Source: an uncultured virus (IMG/VR IMGVR_UViG_3300027974_001778)
Lineage: Duplodnaviria > Heunggongvirae > Uroviricota > Caudoviricetes
Virus record (IMG/VR): IMGVR_UViG_3300027974_001778
Span: 62,001 to 126,000 of that record
DNA length: 64,000 nucleotides
Direction: 5' to 3' (one strand)
Shown: piece after piece, positions 42,027 through 49,493 of the stretch
Numbering within the stretch: position 1 is the first letter of the stretch
Layout: the number at the start of each line of letters is the position of its first letter
Notes under the pieces: model-generated
What the model saw: the letters and a program-made list of their open reading frames with translations, nothing else
Database searches by the model: none
Told to the model about the DNA's origin: nothing
Made by a program: the position numbers and the translations under genes

Positions 42027-42120
42027 TCTTATTATTGGACTTGGGTTAATAGTACTAATTATTATTGTTATTTTTAGTTTGGCTCTTTGGATTGCAAAAA
42101 AATTAAATGAATATGATTGA
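42001..42120 (+). CDS. small single-pass membrane peptide (39 aa, not in ORF track)
   Basis: MTLLNQIVNLIIGLGLIVLIIIVIFSLALWIAKKLNEYD* bridges two overlapping genes. Confidence 0.55.
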   Translation: MTLLNQIVNLIIGLGLIVLIIIVIFSLALWIAKKLNEYD

Positions 42121-42301
42121 TATATTAAAAATAATCAAAGAAGAAGGACCTATTAGAAAATTTGATGGAGTAGCACCTGAAGGATTTGTTTTAGTTCATG
42201 AAAATACTTTAGAAGAACTGAAAGATTTTGAAGTTTGGAAAGAGTGGAAACACAATCAAATTTCTATCAAAGAGTTAAACAATAAACACTTTGATAAGTA
42301 A
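42107..42301 (+). CDS. hypothetical protein
   Basis: Coupled ORF. Confidence 0.65.
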   Translation: MNMIDILKIIKEEGPIRKFDGVAPEGFVLVHENTLEELKDFEVWKEWKHNQISIKELNNKHFDK

Positions 42302-42329
42302 TAAAAAATTGTTACATTTGTAACACAAT

Positions 42330-42489
42330 TAAAGGCGTTAGGTATATGTGAATTTGAATCGAGGTAGAACTTGACAAGGTAAACCATAAGACCTTAACGT
42401 ATGGTGGTCAAACTATTGTAGTTGCCTGCAGCGACGAACGGAAGTGCACTCTCAGGGGGTACCCCAATAGTCCCTGACCACCTTTTTTT
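42330..42489 (+). ncRNA. candidate structured sRNA
   Basis: TACATTTG promoter at 42313-42320; stems CGTTAGGT/ACCTTAACG and GGTGGTCA..CTATTG/CAATAG..TGACCACC followed by a T-tract. Confidence 0.6.
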
Positions 42490-42500
42490 ATTTTTAAACC

Positions 42501-42689
42501 ATGAAAAAACAATTATTAAGAAAAAGAGAATCCAGACTTGGAGGAGTTTGTGGAGGATTAGGAGAATATTTCAATATTGACAAAACTGTATTTCGTGCTC
42601 TTTTTTTAGTTGGTATTTTTACCCCTCTTCCCGCAATTTTTACATACCTTTTACTTTGGATTATAATTCCAAAAGAATCAAAATATTAA
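42501..42689 (+). CDS. PspC domain protein
   Basis: LGGVCGGLGEYFNID..VFR.LF...YLLLWIIIP. Confidence 0.9.
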   Translation: MKKQLLRKRESRLGGVCGGLGEYFNIDKTVFRALFLVGIFTPLPAIFTYLLLWIIIPKESKY

Positions 42690-42690
42690 T

Positions 42691-43086
42691 ATGAACAAAG
42701 TAATTAAGAACCCAACGCTATTTGTGGACATTGATGGTACTTTAGTTAAGTATAGAAAGTTTAGTGAACTTCAAGAATCAACAATAACACCAATTCAAGA
42801 TGTTATTGATTACGTGAATAGTCATCACGATGCTGGGTCAGTTGTTGTAATTACAACGGCTCGTCCTGAGAGTTACAGACTATTTACTAAACAAGAACTT
42901 GAAAAACTGGATGTTAGATATAGCCAATTAATTATGGAAATGGGAAGAGGTACAAGAGTAATCTTGAATGACGTTGACCCTGAAAATCCAGAACTACCGA
43001 GAGCAATTGGTATAAACTTAGAAAGAGATGGAGGATTGAAAGATATTGAAATCCCATCTTACATTAGTCCTTATGAATCAAATTAA
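42691..43086 (+). CDS. HAD-superfamily phosphatase-like protein
   Basis: FVDIDGTL, ITTARPE, RVILND. Confidence 0.8.
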   Translation: MNKVIKNPTLFVDIDGTLVKYRKFSELQESTITPIQDVIDYVNSHHDAGSVVVITTARPESYRLFTKQELEKLDVRYSQLIMEMGRGTRVILNDVDPENPELPRAIGINLERDGGLKDIEIPSYISPYESN

Positions 43087-43396
43087 AGTATCTGCCAAAA
43101 GACACTTGGCAAAAACAGTTAGTTACAGAATAATCAGTACCGCAGTTGGTTTTTTAATTATGTGGTGGGCGACAGGAAGTATAAAATTTGGAGCGGCCTT
43201 TGGAGTTGCCGAATTGATACTTAAACCAGTGATATATTATCTACACGAAAGATTTTGGTATAGACATATGAAATATGGTTTAGTCGGAGTTAAACCTATT
43301 AAAAAAGTTAAAGATTTGAAAGAAGAACCTCAAATTGTAGAACAACCTGAAAAACCAAAAATTAAAAGACTTACCTATACAAAGAAGGCCAACTAA
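43073..43396 (+). CDS. DUF2061 membrane protein
   Basis: RHLAKTVSYRIIST...YYLHERFW. Confidence 0.85.
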   Translation: MNQIKVSAKRHLAKTVSYRIISTAVGFLIMWWATGSIKFGAAFGVAELILKPVIYYLHERFWYRHMKYGLVGVKPIKKVKDLKEEPQIVEQPEKPKIKRLTYTKKAN

Positions 43397-43438
43397 TAGT
43401 TGGTCTTTTTTTATTTAAGTTATGATATTTATTAATAC

Positions 43439-44734
43439 ATGAAAGTAAATAAAGACATATTATCGATATATGAAGAAATTCTAACTAACAATAAGAATAT
43501 CTTAAGTGAATTAGAGTTGGTTCAACTCAATGACACAAATTATAGTAATTTAAAATACGATAACGACGGAACTCAATCTGATTCAGTTAATAAACCGTTA
43601 TTAGATGACATTGACGCAGCAGCAAAAGCTGCAGGTCTTACTGCAACAGTAACTACCGCAAGTACAGGACATCCTGCAAACACTGTTACAGGAAACCCTA
43701 GTAGACATGGTCAACAAACTGCTGTTGATATTGCAATCTTAAATGGTATTGGTGCGGGAGGTGCTACTAATTCGGCTGACGGTAATTCAGAATTTAGGTC
43801 TCTTGGAAACAAACTATCTAAAGCCTTGGTTTCTATGGGTTATACATTAAACACTGAGTCAGGTAATAGTAAATCCGTCCTATGGCAAACAAATACAGGT
43901 GGTAACCACTTCAACCATTTACACGTATCAAATAACTCAGGAGAGTCAGGAACTGCACCCACAGTGGATTCAAGCGCAAGTGACAAGGCATATTCAGACG
44001 CAACAAAAACTTCAACGACACCAAAAAGTTTAAATCCGTTTAATGCCTCAGGTGTTGAAAAAGATGATTTTTTAACAAACGTAGCAAAAGGATTAACAGG
44101 TCAAAAGGAAAGTATAGAAGAACAAAGAAATTTTGGTAAAGATATAAGTAATAGATATGGTAGAATTATAATTCCAAAAGATTCTAATCCAAAAATTAAA
44201 AGCCCAATATCAGGGGTTATCTATAATAAAAGATATTCATCCAGTTGTGTAAATCAAATTACAATACTAAACACGGATAATCAAAAAATTTACATTCAAT
44301 TTTGTGGAATAAGTTCTCCTAAAGTTAGGGACGGACAATCTATTTCGGTTGGAGATACATTAGGTAATACTGATTCTGATGTTGAAGTAACAATGTATGA
44401 TAGCTCATGGGGAAGAATTCCTATCGGTTCTGAAGGAGTTGACAAATACACTGAAAAGAAAAAAGATAATAGAGAAAAAGTTAATAAAAAAGACGATACA
44501 AGCAAATATTATACCGACCCATTAACCGCTATTGCTGCAGGTGTTCCTGGAAAAATTTTAGATAAAATATTTGGTGACAAATATGATGAAAAAACAGGAG
44601 AGAGGACCCAAAAAAGATGGGGAGGAGTTGCAGACAAAAAACCTGTTGACCCATGGTTATTAGACTTAATTAAAAGTCCATTTAAAAGTAAAAAAGTTAA
44701 CGAGAATATTGAAAGAATTAAAAAGTTATTATAA
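43439..44734 (+). CDS. putative peptidoglycan peptidase (M15-like domain plus degenerate M23-like domain)
   Basis: SRHGQQTAVDI...HFNHLHVS; IKSPISGVI...VRDGQSISVGDTLG. Confidence 0.6.
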   Translation: MKVNKDILSIYEEILTNNKNILSELELVQLNDTNYSNLKYDNDGTQSDSVNKPLLDDIDAAAKAAGLTATVTTASTGHPANTVTGNPSRHGQQTAVDIAILNGIGAGGATNSADGNSEFRSLGNKLSKALVSMGYTLNTESGNSKSVLWQTNTGGNHFNHLHVSNNSGESGTAPTVDSSASDKAYSDATKTSTTPKSLNPFNASGVEKDDFLTNVAKGLTGQKESIEEQRNFGKDISNRYGRIIIPKDSNPKIKSPISGVIYNKRYSSSCVNQITILNTDNQKIYIQFCGISSPKVRDGQSISVGDTLGNTDSDVEVTMYDSSWGRIPIGSEGVDKYTEKKKDNREKVNKKDDTSKYYTDPLTAIAAGVPGKILDKIFGDKYDEKTGERTQKRWGGVADKKPVDPWLLDLIKSPFKSKKVNENIERIKKLL

Positions 44735-44781
44735 TAAAAAACCCACCAATAGGTGGGTTTTATTTTTCCAATAGAATGTAA

Positions 44782-44964
44782 TTATTTTTTTTCTTCTACT
44801 GATGCAGGTGCTTCAGCCTTTACAGAATCTACAGCTACTGCCGCTGAATCTACTTTTACTGAATCTACCGCTACTACAGTTGAGTCAGAGTTAACTTCAG
44901 TTGATTTTCCGTTACCACAAGAGGCCAATGCTACGATTGCAAAAATTGCTAATACTTTTTTCAT
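44782..44964 (-). CDS. small lipoprotein with D-S-(T/V/A) repeats
   Basis: MKKVLAIFAIVALASC lipobox; TATTTATA at 45001-45008. Confidence 0.75.
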   Translation of the reverse strand: MKKVLAIFAIVALASCGNGKSTEVNSDSTVVAVDSVKVDSAAVAVDSVKAEAPASVEEKK

Positions 44965-45054
44965 GTTTTTTTTTCTTTTTTTGTTTATTAATTAATAGAC
45001 TATAAATATAAGAAGGTTAATGTATTATGTCAACTTTTCAAATATTTTTTTCTG

Positions 45055-45139
45055 CGGAAAGTGAGAGACTCGAACTCTCGCATCATTTGATTGATGTACG
45101 GTTTAGCAAACCGCTGCATTACCACTCTGCCAACTTTCC
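45055..45139 (-). tRNA. tRNA-Ser(GCT)
   Basis: Cloverleaf with long variable arm; loop TTGCTAA. Confidence 0.92.
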
Positions 45140-45145
45140 AATATT

Positions 45146-45481
45146 TTACAATAATTGTAAAAGATAATAAGACAATTTATATCCCGCAAATGCCCCTAAG
45201 GCTGATGGTATTGGAAACACAATCATTCGTCCCAAATCTGTTACATATTTGGGACGGTTAACTATCTTACCCATAAAAAAGTAATATGTTAGATAACCTA
45301 ATAATACCGCAATATCCGCTCTTGTTGCAATAAACACAACAATAGTCGCACCAATAAACCCAAAAGTAAAATTATCCCTAACTCCTTCCCAAATTTCTGA
45401 AGTAGTGGCATCTTTATACTCTTTTACAATTTTCTTAAACTTGGCTCTATTGCCAGTTTTCTTTTTAATTTCAGTTTCCAT
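45146..45481 (-). CDS. hypothetical membrane protein
   Basis: ATG at 45481 just after tRNA-Ile; hydrophobic segments. Confidence 0.7.
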   Translation of the reverse strand: METEIKKKTGNRAKFKKIVKEYKDATTSEIWEGVRDNFTFGFIGATIVVFIATRADIAVLLGYLTYYFFMGKIVNRPKYVTDLGRMIVFPIPSALGAFAGYKLSYYLLQLL

Positions 45482-45483
45482 TG

Positions 45484-45557
45484 TTGGAATAGATGGACTC
45501 GAACCATCGACATTCACCGTATCAGGATGACGCTCTAACCAACTGAGCTATATTCCA
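45484..45557 (-). tRNA. tRNA-Ile(GAT)
   Basis: Cloverleaf; loop CTGATAC; TATCTTTG promoter at 45570-45577. Confidence 0.92.
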
Positions 45558-45650
45558 TTGTTGTTGGTACAAAGATACTAATTTTATTTTATAAAAAAAA
45601 TCCCCCTGACTTTTAATCAGAGGGATTCAATATTAAATTTAAAAAATATA

Positions 45651-46100
45651 CTACTTTAAAAATCTTAATTTGTATATTGTTGAATAAATTAATTCTTGAA
45701 CCGTATCTATTTGGTTTTGAATAAACGATTCTTTAACTCCTTTTCTTACTTTTTCAATCATGTAGTCTAATGATTTAAAATAATTAATTACTTGGTCAAC
45801 ACTTTTATAATCCTCAGTTTTTGCTGAGTCATAATTTTTAACAAGGTCGTACTTACCTTGGTAACTTTCGATAATACCGTCCACTAATTTGTCTATACCC
45901 TCATAATATCCTTGTAATGCTTTATGTTCTGAATATGATTTGGTTTGTAAATGAAAAATATGAACTTGAGTTTGAGAATGTAATAGTGTTGATACCATAT
46001 TCTTAAATCCTGAGTTACTTTTAGTTTCAGACTTATTTTCCTGCTCATTCAAATGCATCACTTTGAATAGTTGTTCTTTTGTTAATGTTAATTTATCCAT
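45651..46100 (-). CDS. ferritin/Dps-like four-helix protein (DUF5856-like)
   Basis: HIFHLQTKSYSEHKALQGYYE..D..D..IESYQGKY...YKLRFL. Confidence 0.75.
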   Translation of the reverse strand: MDKLTLTKEQLFKVMHLNEQENKSETKSNSGFKNMVSTLLHSQTQVHIFHLQTKSYSEHKALQGYYEGIDKLVDGIIESYQGKYDLVKNYDSAKTEDYKSVDQVINYFKSLDYMIEKVRKGVKESFIQNQIDTVQELIYSTIYKLRFLK

Positions 46101-46135
46101 ACAGATAAATAGTCAACATATTCAAAAAATATTTG

Positions 46136-46207
46136 GGTCAACGGACGGTATCGAACCGTCTTCCCGAGCTCCACAAACTCGTGCTTCACCTTAAAGCTTC
46201 AAAGACC
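46136..46207 (-). tRNA. tRNA-His(GTG), two U.U mismatches in acceptor stem
   Basis: G-1:C73; loop TTGTGGA. Confidence 0.8.
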
Positions 46208-46212
46208 ATATG

Positions 46213-46286
46213 TTGCGAGAGGCAGATTTGAACTGCCCACCTCAGGGTTATGAATCCTGCGCTCTCACCAAATGAGCTACCTCGCA
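46213..46286 (-). tRNA. tRNA-Met(CAT), initiator-like
   Basis: Loop TTCATAA; CAGGA/CCCTG anticodon stem; U1:A72. Confidence 0.85.
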
Positions 46287-46292
46287 GTTTAG

Positions 46293-46364
46293 AGGTTCTA
46301 TTAGGATTCGAACCTAAACTCCAAAATCCGTAGTTTTGTGTGCTATCCGTTACACCATAAAACC
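46293..46364 (-). tRNA. tRNA-Arg(ACG)
   Basis: Cloverleaf; loop CTACGGA. Confidence 0.9.
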
Positions 46365-46446
46365 TTAGTCACGGTCATTGTCCCATTTTACAACAAGCAT
46401 CAAAATAACCCATAATAATAATAACCACATATTTTTTTCCATTTTG

Positions 46447-46517
46447 TTATCCGACCTGGATTCGAACCAGAAATGACAGTACCAAAAACTGTAGTGTTAC
46501 CGTTACACCATCGGACA
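46447..46517 (-). tRNA. tRNA-Gln(TTG)
   Basis: Cloverleaf; loop TTTTGGT. Confidence 0.92.
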
Positions 46518-46522
46518 ATATG

Positions 46523-46596
46523 TGGACCAGATAGGAATCGAACCTATTACCTTCACATTATGAGTGTGCCGCTCTAACCGAATGAGCTACAAGTCC
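46523..46596 (-). tRNA. tRNA with CAT anticodon, probably Ile2 (lysidine) rather than Met
   Basis: Loop CTCATAA; GGACTTG acceptor resembles Ile2. Confidence 0.8.
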
Positions 46597-46689
46597 ATGA
46601 AGCTAAACATTGCTTTCAGGGTTGAAATGGCTCACAGATAAATCCGAATCACCACCTACTGATTTTACAGTATCTTAGTTTAACTTTTG

Positions 46690-46771
46690 TGGGAGTAGCT
46701 GGACTCGAACCAACGAACTCGAAAGAGGGAAGATTTACAGTCTTCTGCCATTGCCACTAGGCGATACTCCC
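46690..46771 (-). tRNA. tRNA-Tyr(GTA)
   Basis: Long variable arm; loop CTGTAAA. Confidence 0.92.
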
Positions 46772-46910
46772 AAAAATCAGGAAAGAGGAAGATGGTTCAG
46801 TGGACATCCTCTTTTACGATTGGCATTACTAATGGTAGTTTAAACTCCGACGATGTCTTATTCCAACCACTACCAGGTATTTACATCATCATTCCCCAAT
46901 CAACCTTTAG

Positions 46911-46983
46911 CACGCACGAAAGGGGTCGAACCTCTGACACATAGTTTTGGAGACTACTGCTCTACCATCTGAGCTACGCACGT
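46911..46983 (-). tRNA. tRNA-Trp(CCA)
   Basis: Cloverleaf; loop CTCCAAA. Confidence 0.92.
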
Positions 46984-46989
46984 GTTTAC

Positions 46990-47235
46990 TTAATTAATAA
47001 ATTCTTCTGTGTTTATGTTATGTTCGTCTAATATTTCGTATATCTTTCCAAACACTAACTCTAAAGTTTCGTACTTATCAACATCTTTACCTTCTAAAGA
47101 CCACTCTAAAGACTTTTTAGTATTATGGGTAATTTCCCATAATGCCATAGCCATATCAAAAGACTTAACCGCTCTTTTATGAGCAATTACTTCATCTTGG
47201 TCATTTAAATCAAATTCTAATATTCCTTTTGCCAT
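46990..47235 (-). CDS. hypothetical protein
   Basis: MAKGILEFDLND ORF between tRNAs. Confidence 0.75.
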   Translation of the reverse strand: MAKGILEFDLNDQDEVIAHKRAVKSFDMAMALWEITHNTKKSLEWSLEGKDVDKYETLELVFGKIYEILDEHNINTEEFIN

Positions 47236-47249
47236 AATATATATTTTTG

Positions 47250-47321
47250 AGGTCGATACAGGATTCGAACCTGTGTAAATAGTTTTGCAGACTACCGCCT
47301 AATCCACTCGGCCAATCGACC
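47250..47321 (-). tRNA. tRNA-Cys(GCA)
   Basis: Cloverleaf; loop CTGCAAA; U73. Confidence 0.92.
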
Positions 47322-47507
47322 ATTTAACGTTTCTTTAATTTTATATTTTTTACATCTTTTTTTAGGTATCTCAACATAATATGAACCAAATACAGAAATA
47401 AAAAGTCCAACATAGTTTTCTCCTTGTTCACTAACTTCTTGTAAAACGGTTCCTTCATATAAATGAGGAAAAATATCCGCGCTATCTTTTTTTACAACTA
47501 CTTTCAT
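47292..47507 (-). CDS. hypothetical protein (3' end runs 30 nt into tRNA-Cys)
   Basis: ATG with A-rich leader. Confidence 0.55.
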   Translation of the reverse strand: MKVVVKKDSADIFPHLYEGTVLQEVSEQGENYVGLFISVFGSYYVEIPKKRCKKYKIKETLNGRLAEWIRR

Positions 47508-47519
47508 TTTAATTTATTT

Positions 47520-47738
47520 TTAATGTGTTCCGTTTGTTAATGAAATCCCATGCCTTACTCCTGTAATGAAATCTTCAATTTCTTCTTCGGTCATATTGTT
47601 ATATCTCTTACCGACAGTATGTCCAATCTCATTACCACAATCACTTAAATCTCCTTCGTATATTGTTACATCTGATTTTCCTTTCAAAGATACAGAAATC
47701 CAAGATAAATCACTACTGTTAAATGTTCTTTTTTCCAT
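47520..47738 (-). CDS. hypothetical protein
   Basis: ORF in tRNA cluster. Confidence 0.7.
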   Translation of the reverse strand: MEKRTFNSSDLSWISVSLKGKSDVTIYEGDLSDCGNEIGHTVGKRYNNMTEEEIEDFITGVRHGISLTNGTH

Positions 47739-47743
47739 ATTTT

Positions 47744-48367
47744 TTAATTTAATGAATTTGGGTAATACAATAATGTCGGGTTCTTTTTTTGGATATCAAC
47801 CTCGGGATATCTTTCCTTAAATTTCATCACATTAAAAGGTTGAGTTATAATATGGAACCCACTTCTTGTTTTAATAAAAGTCATTCCTTGTTCTTTTCCC
47901 GCCTCTTTCTGTAACTCGTTTATATATTCTCTCATTTTAATTTGACTTGGAGAATGGTTAAATCCATCAATGGATACATTATCAATATCAATAATCCATC
48001 TTTTCTCTTGAGTCTTTATCTGTCCCACAACCGAGTCAAATAACCCCTTTTGGTTCTGAACTCCATTCTTAATTCTCTCAGCCAAACTTGCCAACATATC
48101 CAAAGACACATCTCTGTGATTTTGTTTCTGAACATGAATGTAAGCTCTTGCCTTGAACATCTCACATAATTGCATCACCTCATCATATCTCCTTTCCAAA
48201 TGGTCAACTGATTCAATGCAATATGTTTTAATAGTTCTAACCGACTGATGGTTATCTCTTTCTCCTTCAGGTTGGTCTTTCTTACGTTTGAAAACATACA
48301 GCATATAGAAGTCACCCTTCTCCTCAAAGTTCAATAATGGTTTTATTATGTCTATATTGTTTATCAT
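47744..48367 (-). CDS. hypothetical protein with AEP/primase-like motifs
   Basis: WIIDID and KTRSGFHII; ATG at 48367. Confidence 0.55.
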   Translation of the reverse strand: MINNIDIIKPLLNFEEKGDFYMLYVFKRKKDQPEGERDNHQSVRTIKTYCIESVDHLERRYDEVMQLCEMFKARAYIHVQKQNHRDVSLDMLASLAERIKNGVQNQKGLFDSVVGQIKTQEKRWIIDIDNVSIDGFNHSPSQIKMREYINELQKEAGKEQGMTFIKTRSGFHIITQPFNVMKFKERYPEVDIQKKNPTLLYYPNSLN

Positions 48368-48381
48368 ATCATTTTTTTTTG

Positions 48382-48484
48382 TTGTTAAGGTGGGATTCGA
48401 ACCCACAACGTAGTCTCGTAAAGAGAATCATCACCGTTTCGACTTACCGAGCCCTGTGCTCGTTTACATATCTACTACTTAACT
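48382..48484 (-). ncRNA. tRNA-like ncRNA 1 (acceptor + T arm, non-canonical interior)
   Basis: GTTAAG/CTTAAC stem, T-arm GTGGG-TTCGAAT-CCCAC, internal CGAGC/GCTCG and TCTC/GAGA hairpins. Confidence 0.6.
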
Positions 48485-48558
48485 TCCTACCCCACTTCAC
48501 CAGCTTAACGGACTGGCTGCCATATGGGAGTGGGGGTTTCCCGTTAATTCGGGACTCC

Positions 48559-48680
48559 GCGATGTTGCGGGAATCGAACCCACTCGATGAACTACTTGTG
48601 ATATGCACCAACCATTTGCTCCAATCCTAGTATTAAGGAGTGTTACCTACAAATCACCATCATTCAACCCTTTAACACCA
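48559..48680 (-). ncRNA. tRNA-like ncRNA 2 (acceptor + T arm, long interior helix)
   Basis: TGGTGTT/AACATCG stem, T-arm GTGGG-TTCGATT-CCCGC. Confidence 0.55.
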
Positions 48681-48827
48681 AATTTGACTACTGACTGACT
48701 CCTTTCGAACTTTGAGGGTTTGTATCATTCAATATCAGTAGTCCAAGGCTGTAGGAGCTCATCTTTACACTTAGGCTCTTTGTCTTCTCATGTTGCAACA
48801 TTTACGACCGTAGCGTCACCTTGTTTG

Positions 48828-48900
48828 TGGTACGAGGTGGGTTCGAACCACCGACAACTTGTTCTTCAGACAAGCACTCTACCAACTGAGTTATCGCACC
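48828..48900 (-). tRNA. tRNA-Phe(GAA)
   Basis: Cloverleaf; loop CTGAAGA. Confidence 0.92.
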
Positions 48901-48972
48901 AAGTTTAAAGTTAAAGTCGCCCACACTTGTTCGGGGCGGGACCTTTCGGTCACCTTCGACATCCCCTCAACT

Positions 48973-49188
48973 TTAATTCACTTCAATATCTTCCAAAGGT
49001 ACATCTTCTCCCTGAGTATGTTTATAAACTGTATTAAAAAACTCTCCTAACAATCTATAGTCCTCAGGAATCATATGACAAAAATCAAATGCAGGAATTG
49101 CACCATGAATTTGACCTTGTACTACCTTATCAAACTTATCATCTGGTTTGTACTCAAACACAGTATGTCCTCTAAAAATATATTTCAT
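48973..49188 (-). CDS. hypothetical protein
   Basis: 71-aa ORF in tRNA operon. Confidence 0.65.
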   Translation of the reverse strand: MKYIFRGHTVFEYKPDDKFDKVVQGQIHGAIPAFDFCHMIPEDYRLLGEFFNTVYKHTQGEDVPLEDIEVN

Positions 49189-49189
49189 A

Positions 49190-49289
49190 ACTTCCGATTT
49201 TGTCTTGTTTTTACTTCCGAATTTGGACGGGTTTTACTTCCGACTTTGTCACTGCTCACATTTGAGGAAGTTTACTGCTCAAATTTGAG
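49190..49289. repeat. 23-nt-periodic short repeats
   Basis: ACTTCCGA at 49190, 49213, 49236; ACTGCTCA.ATTTGAG at 49251, 49274. Confidence 0.7.
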
Positions 49290-49296
49290 ATTTATG

Positions 49297-49369
49297 TAGT
49301 CCCTGTAGGAATCGAACCTACGACAACTTGCATGTAAGGCAAGTGCTCTTCCAACTGAGCTAAGAGACT
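49297..49369 (-). tRNA. tRNA-Val(TAC)
   Basis: Cloverleaf; loop CTTACAT. Confidence 0.92.
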
Positions 49370-49374
49370 AAATG

Positions 49375-49448
49375 TATCGCGTACGGGGCTCGAACCCGTA
49401 ATCTTCATCGTGAAAGGATGACGACTTAACCAATTTGTCCAACGCGAC
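49375..49448 (-). tRNA. tRNA-Glu(TTC)
   Basis: Cloverleaf; loop CTTTCAC; TATCTTTG at 49459-49466. Confidence 0.92.
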
Positions 49449-49493
49449 ATTTGTTTCACAAAGATACAACCAATATTTCAAAGAGCCAAAAAC

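Noticed and set aside
48486..48558. Theta/HDV-like or twister ribozyme call
   Set aside because: J4/2-like segment is UGAA without the catalytic C, and P1/P3 (or twister L1/T1) could not be fitted; kept only as an unknown structured RNA
48337..49050. Plus-strand ORFs 48337-48630, 48720-48908, 48859-49050 and the MGSNPT extension of the 47744 gene
   Set aside because: Read through tRNA/tRNA-like sequences; MGSNP is the T-loop translation
49190..49289. Mini CRISPR array
   Set aside because: Repeats are 8-16 nt with about 15-nt gaps; no cas genes; too short
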